From an uncultured Candidatus Binatia bacterium (GTDB lineage Bacteria > Desulfobacterota > Binatia > UBA9968 > JAJDTQ01), in the NCBI GenBank assembly GCA_965215605.1, contig OZ244070.1:3584001-3648000 (forward strand): DNA of 64,000 nt. The letters are read 5' to 3'. Below the pieces are notes generated by a model. The model ran no database searches and was not told the origin of the DNA. It was given only the letters and a program-made list of their open reading frames with translations. The translations under genes and the position numbers were made by a program. Shown here piece after piece: positions 9,965 to 19,181 of this stretch. Every line of letters begins with the position of its first letter. The stretch's first letter is position 1.

Positions 9965-9995
9965 GCATAAGGATCAACCGGACGGGACGCCGCCG

Positions 9996-11231
9996 ATGCC
10001 CCTCCCCGAAAGCCTGACCTGCGTCCTGTGCGGTGCCGCCTACCCGGAAGGTGCCAACCAGTACAGTTGCCCGGAATGCGGGGAACTGGGGACCCTGCGG
10101 GTGTCCTACGACTACGACCGGATCAAGGCATCGGCGAGCCGTGACGGCTTGGCCGCCGTGCCGTTCCGGGATCACTGGCGCTATCTGCCGCTACTGCCCT
10201 TGGCCGCCGACCGGGTCGAGTTCCCGCTGGCGGTGGGAGGAACGCCGCTCCATCCGGTGCCCGGCCTGCGCAAGGAACTGGGCCTGGAACGGCTCTGGGT
10301 CAAGGACGATACCGCCAATCCGTCCGCTTCGCTGAAGGATCGGGCCAGCGCCGTGGTGCTGCTCAAGGGAAAGGAGCTGGGCCGCCGGGAGTTCGCCGCC
10401 GCCTCCACCGGAAACGCCGGCGCATCCCTGGCGTGCCTGTCGGCGGCCCTGGGGCTTCCCTGCCACGTCTTCGTGCCCGAGTCGGCGCCGAGGGCCAAGG
10501 TGGCGCAGCTCGTGGTCTTCGGCGCCGACGTGCTCTCCGTCCGCGGCAGCTACTCCGAGGCGTTCAGCCTGTGCGTCGAGGCCAGCGAGCGCTTCCGGTG
10601 GTACAACCGCAACACCGGCTACAATCCCTACACCGTGGAGGGGAAGAAGACCGTGGCGCTGGAGATCGCCGAGCAGCTCGGCTGGGAGCCGCCCGATACG
10701 ATCATCGTTTCCACCGGCGACGGCTGCATCCTGAGCGGCATCTGGAAGGGGTTCACGGATCTCCATCGGCTGGGGTGGATCTCCCGGCTGCCGCGGCTGG
10801 TGGCGGCCCAGGCCGAGGGCTCCCAGTCCATCAAGCAGGCCTTCGACGGCGACGGCATCATCCGCCCCGTGGCGGAAGACACGCTGGCGGACAGCATCAG
10901 CGTCGCGTTGCCGCGGAACGGAGTGATGGCGGTGCAGGATCTCAAGGCCTCCGGGGGGAACGCGACAAGCGTGTCCGACGGCGAGATCCTCCAAGCCATG
11001 CCGCTGCTGGGCAAGACCACGGGACTGTTCGCGGAGCCGGCCGCCGCCGCGGCCGTGGCGGCGCTCGTGAAGCTCGTGGACCAGGGCGAGCTCTCGTCCG
11101 GCGAGCGCGTGGTCGTCCTGTCCACGGGCCACGGCCTCAAGGACGTCGACGCGGCATTGCGGGCGGTCGATCCGCCGGAACCGGTCGACTGCTCGATTGA
11201 CGCGGTAAGGGAAAGAATACAAAGGTCATGA
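9996..11231 (+). CDS. Threonine synthase-like PLP enzyme with N-terminal Zn ribbon
   Basis: CVLC..CPEC, NPSASLKDR, ASTGNAG, EGKKTVALE, STGHGLKD. Confidence 0.85.
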   Translation: MPLPESLTCVLCGAAYPEGANQYSCPECGELGTLRVSYDYDRIKASASRDGLAAVPFRDHWRYLPLLPLAADRVEFPLAVGGTPLHPVPGLRKELGLERLWVKDDTANPSASLKDRASAVVLLKGKELGRREFAAASTGNAGASLACLSAALGLPCHVFVPESAPRAKVAQLVVFGADVLSVRGSYSEAFSLCVEASERFRWYNRNTGYNPYTVEGKKTVALEIAEQLGWEPPDTIIVSTGDGCILSGIWKGFTDLHRLGWISRLPRLVAAQAEGSQSIKQAFDGDGIIRPVAEDTLADSISVALPRNGVMAVQDLKASGGNATSVSDGEILQAMPLLGKTTGLFAEPAAAAAVAALVKLVDQGELSSGERVVVLSTGHGLKDVDAALRAVDPPEPVDCSIDAVRERIQRS

Positions 11232-11270
11232 TGGGCGGAAGATGGGTGGCGCAACCGGGAACGAGAACGA

Positions 11271-12659
11271 ATGGGAGGCAAGGAGAATCGAGTGCCACAG
11301 GATCTACAGAGTTTCTTGAAGCGATTGAAGGAGGAATGCCCCGAGCAGTTCCTCGAGGTGGACGAGCCGGTGTCCCGGGAGTTCGAGGCCACGGCCCTGG
11401 TCATGGAGGCGGAGCGGCTGCCGTCCTGCCCGGCGGTGATGTTCCGGAACATCACCGGGAGCGAGTTCACCATGGCGGCCAACGTGCTGGCCCACCGTCC
11501 GCGTCTGGCCTGGGCCTTCGGGACGTCGGAGGAGGGGCTGGTGCACGAGTTCAAGGAGCGCATCCAGAGGCCCATGTCCCCCGAGGTGTCCAAGGATGCC
11601 CCCTTCCGGGACAATACCCTGCGGGAGGCGGCGGTGGATCTGGGACAGCTCCCCATTCTGACCCATTTCGAGCAGGACGGCGGCCCCTACGTGACCGCCG
11701 GGCTGTTGGTGGCGCGGGATCCGCAATCCGGCATGAGCACGGTGGGTTTTCATCGCATGCAGCTCAAGGGGCCGCGCAAGCTCGGAGTCAGCCTGCACTC
11801 CCGGCGCCGCATGTTCGAGTACTTCCGGCGCGCCGAGGAAAAGGGCGAGTCCCTGGAAGCCGCGGTATGCATCGGCGTGCACCCGCTGATCTCCCTGGGC
11901 GCCTTGACGTTACCGCCGGCCGGGGTCGAGAAATTTGCGCTCCAGGGAGGGCTCCTGGGCGAGCCTTTGGAGTTGACGCCCTGCGCCACCGTGGACGTCG
12001 ACGTGCCCCGGTGGTCGGAGATCGTCATCGAGGGACGGATCCTCAAGGACGTGCGGGAGAAGGAAGGGCCGTTCGGCGAGTTTACGGGGTACGCTTCGAG
12101 CCGGAGCACGGAGAACGTCTTCGAGGCCACCGCACTGCACTACCGCAACGGCGCCGTCTACCAGGACATCAACGGCGGCGACAGCATGGAGCATTGCCGC
12201 TGTCTCTCCATGCCCCGTGAGGTGGAGTTCACCAACGTGCTGGGCAAGACCATACCCAACCTCAAGGCGGTGCACGTGCCGGTGCGCTCGGGCATCGGCA
12301 GCTTCCACTGCTACGTGTCCCTGCGCAAGACCGCCGAGGGGCAGGGGAAGCAGGCCATCTTCAGCGTCCTGGGCGCCGACCACTACGTCAAGCTGGTGGT
12401 GGTGGTGGACGACGACATCGACATCTTCGACGAGGAGCAGGTGCTGTGGGCCATCGCCACCCGGATGCAGGCCAACAGGGACGTCTTCATCATCGACGAG
12501 GCCATGGGAACGCTGCTGGACCCGTCGGCCACTGACGCCGTCACGGCGAAGATGGGCATCGACGCCACCAAGCCCCTGGGCGAGTACGCCTCGACCCTTT
12601 CCATCGAGCCGGGCGCGGTGGAGCGGGCGCGCCGGCTCATGAGCAAGCTGACCGGTTGA
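11271..12659 (+). CDS. UbiD-family prFMN-dependent (de)carboxylase
   Basis: DGGPYVTAG, HRMQ, EIVIEG, EGPFGEFTGY, VVDDDIDIFD..VLWAIATR, KMGIDATKP. Confidence 0.92.
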   Translation: MGGKENRVPQDLQSFLKRLKEECPEQFLEVDEPVSREFEATALVMEAERLPSCPAVMFRNITGSEFTMAANVLAHRPRLAWAFGTSEEGLVHEFKERIQRPMSPEVSKDAPFRDNTLREAAVDLGQLPILTHFEQDGGPYVTAGLLVARDPQSGMSTVGFHRMQLKGPRKLGVSLHSRRRMFEYFRRAEEKGESLEAAVCIGVHPLISLGALTLPPAGVEKFALQGGLLGEPLELTPCATVDVDVPRWSEIVIEGRILKDVREKEGPFGEFTGYASSRSTENVFEATALHYRNGAVYQDINGGDSMEHCRCLSMPREVEFTNVLGKTIPNLKAVHVPVRSGIGSFHCYVSLRKTAEGQGKQAIFSVLGADHYVKLVVVVDDDIDIFDEEQVLWAIATRMQANRDVFIIDEAMGTLLDPSATDAVTAKMGIDATKPLGEYASTLSIEPGAVERARRLMSKLTG

Positions 12660-12663
12660 CCGC

Positions 12664-14241
12664 ATGGAGAGCTTCCGGACTTTCCTGGACGATTTGCGGA
12701 ACGCCGGCGAACTCGTCGACATCCACAAACCCGTGGATGTCCGGCACATCGCCGCGTTGGTGGACCAGGCGTCCACCGCGCTGTTGTTCCATAGGGTGCG
12801 CGGCTACGAGATGCCCGTGGTCTCGGGGCTCCTGAACGACCGCCGGCGCATTGCCCTGTCGGCTGGTTGCGACTACGCGCAGATGGAGCGGCGGCTCGGC
12901 CACGCCCTCGATCATCCCGTCGATCCCATCGAAGTCGGCGACGGCGGCGCGAGGAGTTGGTATCGGGAAGGGGCCGAGGTGGACCTCTTCGCCCTGCCGG
13001 TGCCGGTGTTCTCCGAGTTCGACGGCGGTCCCACGATTACGGCCGGCGTCACCCTGGCCCACGATCCCGAATACGGACTGAACGCCGGCACCTATCGTTT
13101 CCAGGTAAAGGAACGTGCCCTCACCGGCATCGACATCGTCACCCCCAACAACCTGCGCAGGCTGGCGGAGAAGGCCCTGGCGGCCAACGCGCCGCTGCCC
13201 ATCTCCATCAACATCGGCACCCACCCGGTGGAGCTGATGGCGTCCCTCTACAAGGCGCCCCTGGGGCGGAACGAGCTGGCCATCGCCGGCGGCATGCTGG
13301 GGCGGCCGGTGCGCCTGGGCGCCTGCCGGACCATCGACGCGCCCTGCCTGGCGGACGCGGAGATCGTGCTGGAGGCGGAGATCCTGCCCACCGGCTGGAC
13401 CCGGCAGGAGGGGCGGTTCGGCGAGATGACGCGCCTCATGGGCGACGTGCACTACAATCCTCACGTGCGGGTGAAGGCGATCTCGCGCCGCGAGGACGCC
13501 ATCTACTACGCGCTGCACATGCCCTGGGAGAACATCTGGATCAAGGAGCACGGTTTCCAGGCGGTGCTCAAGCGGGTCCTCGACGCGGCCGGGGTGACGG
13601 TGACCGCGGTGAACGTCACGCCGGGAGGCTGCTGCCACTGGCACGCCGTCATCGCCATCCGGAAGCAGCCCGGCGATCCTCAGAACGCCATCATGGCGGC
13701 GCTGTCGGTGGCGGACCTCAAGCACGTGGTGGTCGTGGATGACGAGATCGACGTCTACGACGCCATGGAGGTGGAATGGGCCATGGCCACCCGGGTGCAG
13801 GCCGACCGCGACATCACTATCCTCTCGGACGCCCGCTCCAAGCCCCTGGACCCGAGCTTGCCGCTGTCGGAAGGCATCCCCACCACCGCCAAGTGCGGCA
13901 TCGACGCCACCATTCCCGACGGCGTCCCCAAGGCGCGGTATCAGCGCATCACCTATCCCCACGCGGATGAGCTGGACCTCGGCGCCTACCTGGGCGAAGC
14001 GGAGGCCGGCGAGGGGTCGCCCGAGACCCTGGTTGAAGCTGCCAGCGCGAGCGTCGAGGATGCCGCGGCGGCCATACGCGGACTGCTCGCCGCCGGGTCC
14101 ATGTACTTCAGCGAGATCGCGGAAAGCGTTCCGGGAGCCGGTTTCCAGTCCGTCGCCCGGACGATGGGCGAGTTGCACGCCGCCGGAGAGATCGATCAGG
14201 ACGCGGAGGGGCGCTACCGGCTGGCGTCGGAGAGGCGCTGA
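12664..14241 (+). CDS. UbiD-family (de)carboxylase with C-terminal extension
   Basis: DGGPTITAG, YRFQ, EGRFGE, VVDDEIDVYD..VEWAMATR, KCGIDAT; about 90 extra aa at the C-terminus. Confidence 0.9.
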   Translation: MESFRTFLDDLRNAGELVDIHKPVDVRHIAALVDQASTALLFHRVRGYEMPVVSGLLNDRRRIALSAGCDYAQMERRLGHALDHPVDPIEVGDGGARSWYREGAEVDLFALPVPVFSEFDGGPTITAGVTLAHDPEYGLNAGTYRFQVKERALTGIDIVTPNNLRRLAEKALAANAPLPISINIGTHPVELMASLYKAPLGRNELAIAGGMLGRPVRLGACRTIDAPCLADAEIVLEAEILPTGWTRQEGRFGEMTRLMGDVHYNPHVRVKAISRREDAIYYALHMPWENIWIKEHGFQAVLKRVLDAAGVTVTAVNVTPGGCCHWHAVIAIRKQPGDPQNAIMAALSVADLKHVVVVDDEIDVYDAMEVEWAMATRVQADRDITILSDARSKPLDPSLPLSEGIPTTAKCGIDATIPDGVPKARYQRITYPHADELDLGAYLGEAEAGEGSPETLVEAASASVEDAAAAIRGLLAAGSMYFSEIAESVPGAGFQSVARTMGELHAAGEIDQDAEGRYRLASERR

Positions 14242-14275
14242 CCTGCGGTCCTGGACAGCCGCAGGTCTTCAGCGC
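14235..14275 (+). terminator. Strong hairpin after the second UbiD (terminator or RNA stability element)
   Basis: GACCTGCGG (14240-48) pairs with CCGCAGGTC (14259-67), flanked by GCGCTGA/TCAGCGC; weak U tail. Confidence 0.4.
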
Positions 14276-14283
14276 TGGTCTGT

Positions 14284-14312
14284 TTGACAGCGTTCAAGGG
14301 CTGCGATAACAG
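14284..14312 (+). promoter_or_regulatory. Putative sigma70 promoter for the amidohydrolase gene
   Basis: TTGACA at 14284-89 followed by TGcGATAAC/TAACAG; AAGGAG RBS downstream. Confidence 0.35.
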
Positions 14313-14338
14313 CCTTTGGGCCTAAAGGAGAACGCCTG

Positions 14339-15427
14339 ATGCCGACCATCAACGATGCCGACGGCCACATCAACGACTACTTCTTCGGCGACGAGATCGC
14401 CAAGTACATGCCCGAGGGGAACCAGTTCAGCCAGATGTTCCCGGTGTTCGACCACCTGCACTTCCGTTACCTGATGAAGAACCGGGTGCCCAAGTACGTC
14501 GGCGGCAGCATGAAGACCGCGCCGGGTCCCGCGGAGTGGCTGGAGTTCATCGAAGAGACCGGCATCGCCTGGAGCGTGCTCTACCCCAGCGCCGGGCTGG
14601 GGGTGGGGCGCATCGTTTCGGTGGAGTGGGCCATCGCCGCCTGCCGGGCCTACAACAACTGGCTGCACGATCGTTTCACCAGCACCACGCCGCGTCTCAA
14701 GGGCGTCGGCCTCATTCCGATCCAGGACGAAGAGGCCGCGTGCGCCGAGCTGCAGCGCTGCGTGCGGGAGTTGGGCATGGTCGGCGCCATGCTGCCGTCC
14801 AACGGCGAAGCCATCAAGGGGCAACTGGGCGCCAAGGCCTATTGGCCGATCTACGAGGAGGCGGAGAAGCTCGGCTGCTGTCTCACCGTGCACGGCGGCG
14901 CGCACCATCACCTCGGCCTCGACGGCTTCAGCGTGTACTATCCGGTGCACGCCCTCGGCCACCCTTTCGGGATCATGGTGCAGGCGGCGGCGATGCTCAG
15001 CCACGGCATCTTCGAGCGCTTTCCCCGGCTACGGGTGGCATTCCTGGAAGGGGGCGCCACCTGGGTGCCGTTTTTCATGGACCGGCTCGACCGGTCCTAC
15101 AACGAGGGGCATCTGCAGATCGACCTCGCCGGCGACCCGGTCCCAGGCCCCCGGCCGGGCGAGAAGGCCAGCGAGCATTTCAAGCGTCACGTCCGGGAGG
15201 GGAGGATCTTCGTCGGCTTCGATTGCGACGACGCCGGTCTGGCCTTTGCCGTGCAGCAGGCCGGCGCCGAGCCCTTCCTGTTCGCCAGTGACTTCCCGCA
15301 TGAGGTATTCGACGCGGCATCGTGCCGCCACGAGATCGACGAGTTGCTGCAGCGGGACGACCTGACCCAGGATCAGAAAGAGGCGGTGCTGGGCGGGAAC
15401 GCGGCGCGGCTGTACGGTATCGGTTAG
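14339..15427 (+). CDS. Amidohydrolase_2 family protein (ACMSD/LigW-like decarboxylase or hydrolase)
   Basis: DADGH, LYPS, RAYNNW, TVHGG, FERFPRL..AFLEGG, FASDFPH, LGGNAARLY. Confidence 0.88.
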   Translation: MPTINDADGHINDYFFGDEIAKYMPEGNQFSQMFPVFDHLHFRYLMKNRVPKYVGGSMKTAPGPAEWLEFIEETGIAWSVLYPSAGLGVGRIVSVEWAIAACRAYNNWLHDRFTSTTPRLKGVGLIPIQDEEAACAELQRCVRELGMVGAMLPSNGEAIKGQLGAKAYWPIYEEAEKLGCCLTVHGGAHHHLGLDGFSVYYPVHALGHPFGIMVQAAAMLSHGIFERFPRLRVAFLEGGATWVPFFMDRLDRSYNEGHLQIDLAGDPVPGPRPGEKASEHFKRHVREGRIFVGFDCDDAGLAFAVQQAGAEPFLFASDFPHEVFDAASCRHEIDELLQRDDLTQDQKEAVLGGNAARLYGIG

Positions 15428-15518
15428 GCAAATTCTTCTCCATGTCGCCGGAGGCCAAGAAGGGGCTGGGCGTTCTCGTGCGGAAGAAGAAAAAGTAGGA
15501 AACGGGTACCACGCGATC

Positions 15519-16511
15519 ATGCTGTTTCTCACGGAAGAAGACGTTCTCCGGGCGGTGGAAGGCCGAAACGCGTACGGAGAGGCGGTGGCGGTCATCGAGG
15601 AGGTGCTGCGCCAGCAGTCCGAGGGCAGCACGTTTCATCTCAAGCGCCTGACCATGGAGCACCCCGATCACCCGGGTCATCTCTGGCACAACATCCGCAT
15701 CCTGCCGGGCATGGTGCCGGAACTCGGTTACGCGGCGGTGCGGGTCTACTCGGGATACCAGGGGACCAACCGGTCCGAGGTCATCTGTCTGTTCAATTGG
15801 GAAGACATGGAGATGTCGGCCATCATTTCCGACTATCATCTGCACGCCATCCGCACCGCGTCTCCTTACGGCGTGGCGGCCAAGTACCTGTCGCGCGCGG
15901 ATGCGCAGACCCTGGGGGTCATCGGCACCGGACGCTACGCCAAGGGCTTCGTCCAGGCCTGCTGCGCGGTGCGCGACATCCGGCACGTCAAGGCGTATAG
16001 CCGCAACGCGGAGAACCGGCGGCGGTTCCGTGAAGAGATGACGGAGGTTCTGGGCATCGAGGTGGTGGCGGTGGAGTCCGGCCGGGAAGCCGTCCGGGAC
16101 ACGGACATCATGTTGCTGGCGACCTCCGGCAACACCATCGTGTTCGAGGGCGGCTGGCTGGAGCCGGGGACGCTGGTCATGTCCCTGGCTCCCGGGGAGT
16201 TCGACGAAGCCACGGCGCTGGGCTCGCGTGTGTTCCTCTCCGGCACCGACCAAGTGCTCGGCGACAGCCCGCCCCGGAAACCGTTTCCGTCGCTGCTTGC
16301 CAGCGGCAAGTTCAGCAAGGACGACGTGGCGGCGGAGTTCTGCGATGTGGTGTCCGGGAAGATGCCAGGTCGCGGAAGCGATGACGAGATCATCCTCTAC
16401 GAGTCTCCGGGCATGGGCATCCTCGACGTAGGCATCGCTGGCTGGGTCTACCGGCTGGCCCGGGAAAAGGGGTTGGGCACCGATCTGCCCTTTGGGGAAG
16501 AACCCGGGTAG
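15519..16511 (+). CDS. Ornithine cyclodeaminase/mu-crystallin family protein
   Basis: IRTAS..VAAKYLSR, GVIGTGRYA Rossmann motif, GRGSDDEIILYESPGMGILD. Confidence 0.88.
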   Translation: MLFLTEEDVLRAVEGRNAYGEAVAVIEEVLRQQSEGSTFHLKRLTMEHPDHPGHLWHNIRILPGMVPELGYAAVRVYSGYQGTNRSEVICLFNWEDMEMSAIISDYHLHAIRTASPYGVAAKYLSRADAQTLGVIGTGRYAKGFVQACCAVRDIRHVKAYSRNAENRRRFREEMTEVLGIEVVAVESGREAVRDTDIMLLATSGNTIVFEGGWLEPGTLVMSLAPGEFDEATALGSRVFLSGTDQVLGDSPPRKPFPSLLASGKFSKDDVAAEFCDVVSGKMPGRGSDDEIILYESPGMGILDVGIAGWVYRLAREKGLGTDLPFGEEPG

Positions 16512-16546
16512 GGACGAGTTCAGGGTTTCCCCAACGGTGAGGTGAA

Positions 16547-18034
16547 ATGCGCACATTGATTCGCGGCGGCTGGATCGTCGGCTACCAAGGCGAGACCCAC
16601 GCGCTGCTGCGCGATGGCGTGGTGGTGTTCGAGGACGGGCGCATCCTGCACGTGGGCGCTGATTTTGAAGGGAACGTGGACCGGGAGATGGACGCCGACG
16701 GGATGTTGGTGGCGCCGGGTTTCATCGACATGCACGTCCACGGCGGCCACCGGGCTTCACACCGGCTGATCACGGACACCGGGCGGCCGGATTACTTCGG
16801 CCAGCCGTTCCTGGAGATCAGCGTGCCGCGGGAAGGGACCCGGCCGGCGGGCGATCCCCGCTACATGAGGCCCGACCAGGCCGGCGCCACCGAAGGCACG
16901 GACCTGCACGCCACCTTCACCGTGGCCGAGCTCTTGCGCAACGGCGTCACCACGTTCATGGAGATCGGCAGCCAGCTCCGGGTTCAGGAAGGGTTGCTCA
17001 AGGAGGTCGACCGGCTCGGCGCCCGCGCCTACCTGGGCCCCGGCTTCGACTCGGGCCGCTGGGTGGCGGACGAAAAGGGCCGGCTCAAGCGCGCGCTGGA
17101 CGAGGCCGCGGGCTGGCGTGAGTTCGAGGGCGCGGTGGAGTTCATCAAGCGGGTGGAAGGCAGTTGCGGCGACCGGGTCCGGGGCATCCTGATACCGCGG
17201 GAGGCCGAGACCTGCACGTTGGATCTCCTGAGGGCGACGCGTAAGGCAGCCGGCGATCTCAAGGTGCCGATATCGACCCACGCCGCCTACAACATCATCG
17301 AGTTCTACGAGCTCGTGACGGAACATCGCATGACCCCGGTGGAGTTGCTGGAGTCGGTGGGCCTTCTGGGCCCCGACCTCACCATCGGACACGGGAACCT
17401 GGTGGCCGAGAACCCCCAGTTGAACTTCGCGGGGGGCCGGGACGTGGATCTCATGGGCGAATACGGCGTGTCCATCTCCCACTGTCCGGTCAACATTGCC
17501 CGCCGGGGCCGTTGCCTCGACTCCTGGGAGCGGTACCGCAAGGCCGGCGTCAACATCGCCTTGGGGAGCGACACCTACCCGCGGGACTTCATGATGCAGA
17601 TGCGGGTGGCCTCGTACTTCGGCAAGGTCATCGGACACAACCTGCGCGCGGCCACGGCCGCCGAGGTGTTCGAGGCCGCCACCCTGGGCGGCGCCAGGGC
17701 CTTGGGGCGGGACGACCTCGGGCGGCTGGCGCCGGGAGCGCGCGCGGACATCATCATCGTCGACATTTCCGGAAGGGGCACGCTCAGGTACGGGCCGGTG
17801 CGCGATCCCATCAAGAGCCTGGTGGAATGCGGCATCGGCGACGATGTCCGCACGGTCATCGTCGACGGCGAGGTGCGGATGGAGGAGGGGCGGATTCCCG
17901 GAGTGGATATCGAGTCCCTGCGGCGGCAGGCACAGGAGGCCGCGGAGTTCGCCTGGGACCGCCTCCAGGACTGGGACGCGCTGGGGCGGAGCGCGGAGGA
18001 GATGAGCCCCTGGTCCTTCCCGTTGATGAAGTGA
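16547..18034 (+). CDS. Metal-dependent amidohydrolase (chlorohydrolase/nucleoside deaminase-like)
   Basis: PGFIDMHVH, ELLRNGVTT, THAA, IGHG, HCP, LGSDT, ATLGGARALG..LGRLAPGARAD. Confidence 0.88.
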   Translation: MRTLIRGGWIVGYQGETHALLRDGVVVFEDGRILHVGADFEGNVDREMDADGMLVAPGFIDMHVHGGHRASHRLITDTGRPDYFGQPFLEISVPREGTRPAGDPRYMRPDQAGATEGTDLHATFTVAELLRNGVTTFMEIGSQLRVQEGLLKEVDRLGARAYLGPGFDSGRWVADEKGRLKRALDEAAGWREFEGAVEFIKRVEGSCGDRVRGILIPREAETCTLDLLRATRKAAGDLKVPISTHAAYNIIEFYELVTEHRMTPVELLESVGLLGPDLTIGHGNLVAENPQLNFAGGRDVDLMGEYGVSISHCPVNIARRGRCLDSWERYRKAGVNIALGSDTYPRDFMMQMRVASYFGKVIGHNLRAATAAEVFEAATLGGARALGRDDLGRLAPGARADIIIVDISGRGTLRYGPVRDPIKSLVECGIGDDVRTVIVDGEVRMEEGRIPGVDIESLRRQAQEAAEFAWDRLQDWDALGRSAEEMSPWSFPLMK

Positions 18035-18056
18035 ACCGTCCCGGCAAGCCGAATTC

Positions 18057-18090
18057 GTCGTTCCGGCGAAACAGGGTATGCCGGAACGGC
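18057..18090. repeat. CGTC-type REP-like hairpin between convergent genes
   Basis: GTCGTTCCGGC...GCCGGAACGGC stem. Confidence 0.45.
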
Positions 18091-18128
18091 ATCCGAGGGA
18101 TGGGGGCGGGAGTGACGAATTCACGGGG

Positions 18129-19004
18129 TCAACCGGCGCGGCGCTGCAGCACGATTCCCCCGACGATCAATGCCAGCCCCGTCACGGTGCTGGGGTAGAT
18201 GGGCTCTCCCACCAACAGCGCGATCACCAGCAGCGACAGGAAGGGCGTCAGGTAGATCAGTTGGCCCACCTGGGCCGTGGTGCGGGAGAGCTTGAGGGCT
18301 CGGAGCCAGGCGACGAAGGCGATGCCCATCTCGAACGTGCCGATATACACGGCGCCGGCCAGCCCCGCCGCGCCGGGCATCTCCGGGGTGCCCGCGAGCA
18401 ACCAAAACCCGCCCGAGAAGCCGCATCCGAACACGAAATTGACCAACAGCCGCGTCACCGGGTCGCGGTGGTCCTTGACCCCGTAGATCCAGTAGAACGT
18501 CCAGATCAGCGTGCTTCCCAGCGCCAGCGCCACGCCCAGCGGGTTGGCCAGGTCGAGCCCGAGGGGGTCTCCTCGCGTGGCGATGAGGGCCACGCCGGTG
18601 AAGCTGATGGCCATGGCGGCGATGGCGCGCGCGCCGATGGGCTGGCGGAGCAGGACGACGGAGAACAGCGCCAGCACCATGGGCCAGGTGAAGTTCAGCG
18701 TCAGCGCCTCTTGGGCGGGCAGGAGATCGTATGCCTTGAAGAGGACGAGGTAATAGAGGAAGGGGTTCAGGAAACCAAGGCAAAGCGATGTACGGAGGTC
18801 GCCGAGGTTCCATTCCCGGAACTGCCCGAGCCGTCCGGTGGACAGGGTGATGCAGAGCAGCACAAGGACGGACACCGCCGAGGAGCAGAACACCAGCACG
18901 CCGGGGCCCACGTGGCGCAGGGAGAGCTTGAACGCCGTCGCCACCGTGGACCAGAAGAGCACCGTGACGGCGGCGTAGAGATAGGCCTGGGTCTGCGTTT
19001 GCAT
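18129..19004 (-). CDS. EamA/DMT family permease
   Basis: About ten hydrophobic segments; FWSTVATAFK, LNFTWP, YLTPFLSL..LLVGE. Confidence 0.88.
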   Translation of the reverse strand: MQTQTQAYLYAAVTVLFWSTVATAFKLSLRHVGPGVLVFCSSAVSVLVLLCITLSTGRLGQFREWNLGDLRTSLCLGFLNPFLYYLVLFKAYDLLPAQEALTLNFTWPMVLALFSVVLLRQPIGARAIAAMAISFTGVALIATRGDPLGLDLANPLGVALALGSTLIWTFYWIYGVKDHRDPVTRLLVNFVFGCGFSGGFWLLAGTPEMPGAAGLAGAVYIGTFEMGIAFVAWLRALKLSRTTAQVGQLIYLTPFLSLLVIALLVGEPIYPSTVTGLALIVGGIVLQRRAG

Positions 19005-19181
19005 GGACGGTTCGCCGCTTCCGGAAGGTACCATGTTTGCGCTCCCCCATCGACACGCCCCGAAGGGCTGGGGCCGGGCTCCGGGAGAGGGGCAAAAGCC
19101 TTTGCTGACGCGGAGTTGCAATTGCACAGGAGTTCAGCTAACGTAGCCTTTCGTTCGCAGTCCATCCCCTCGAGGTTTTCA

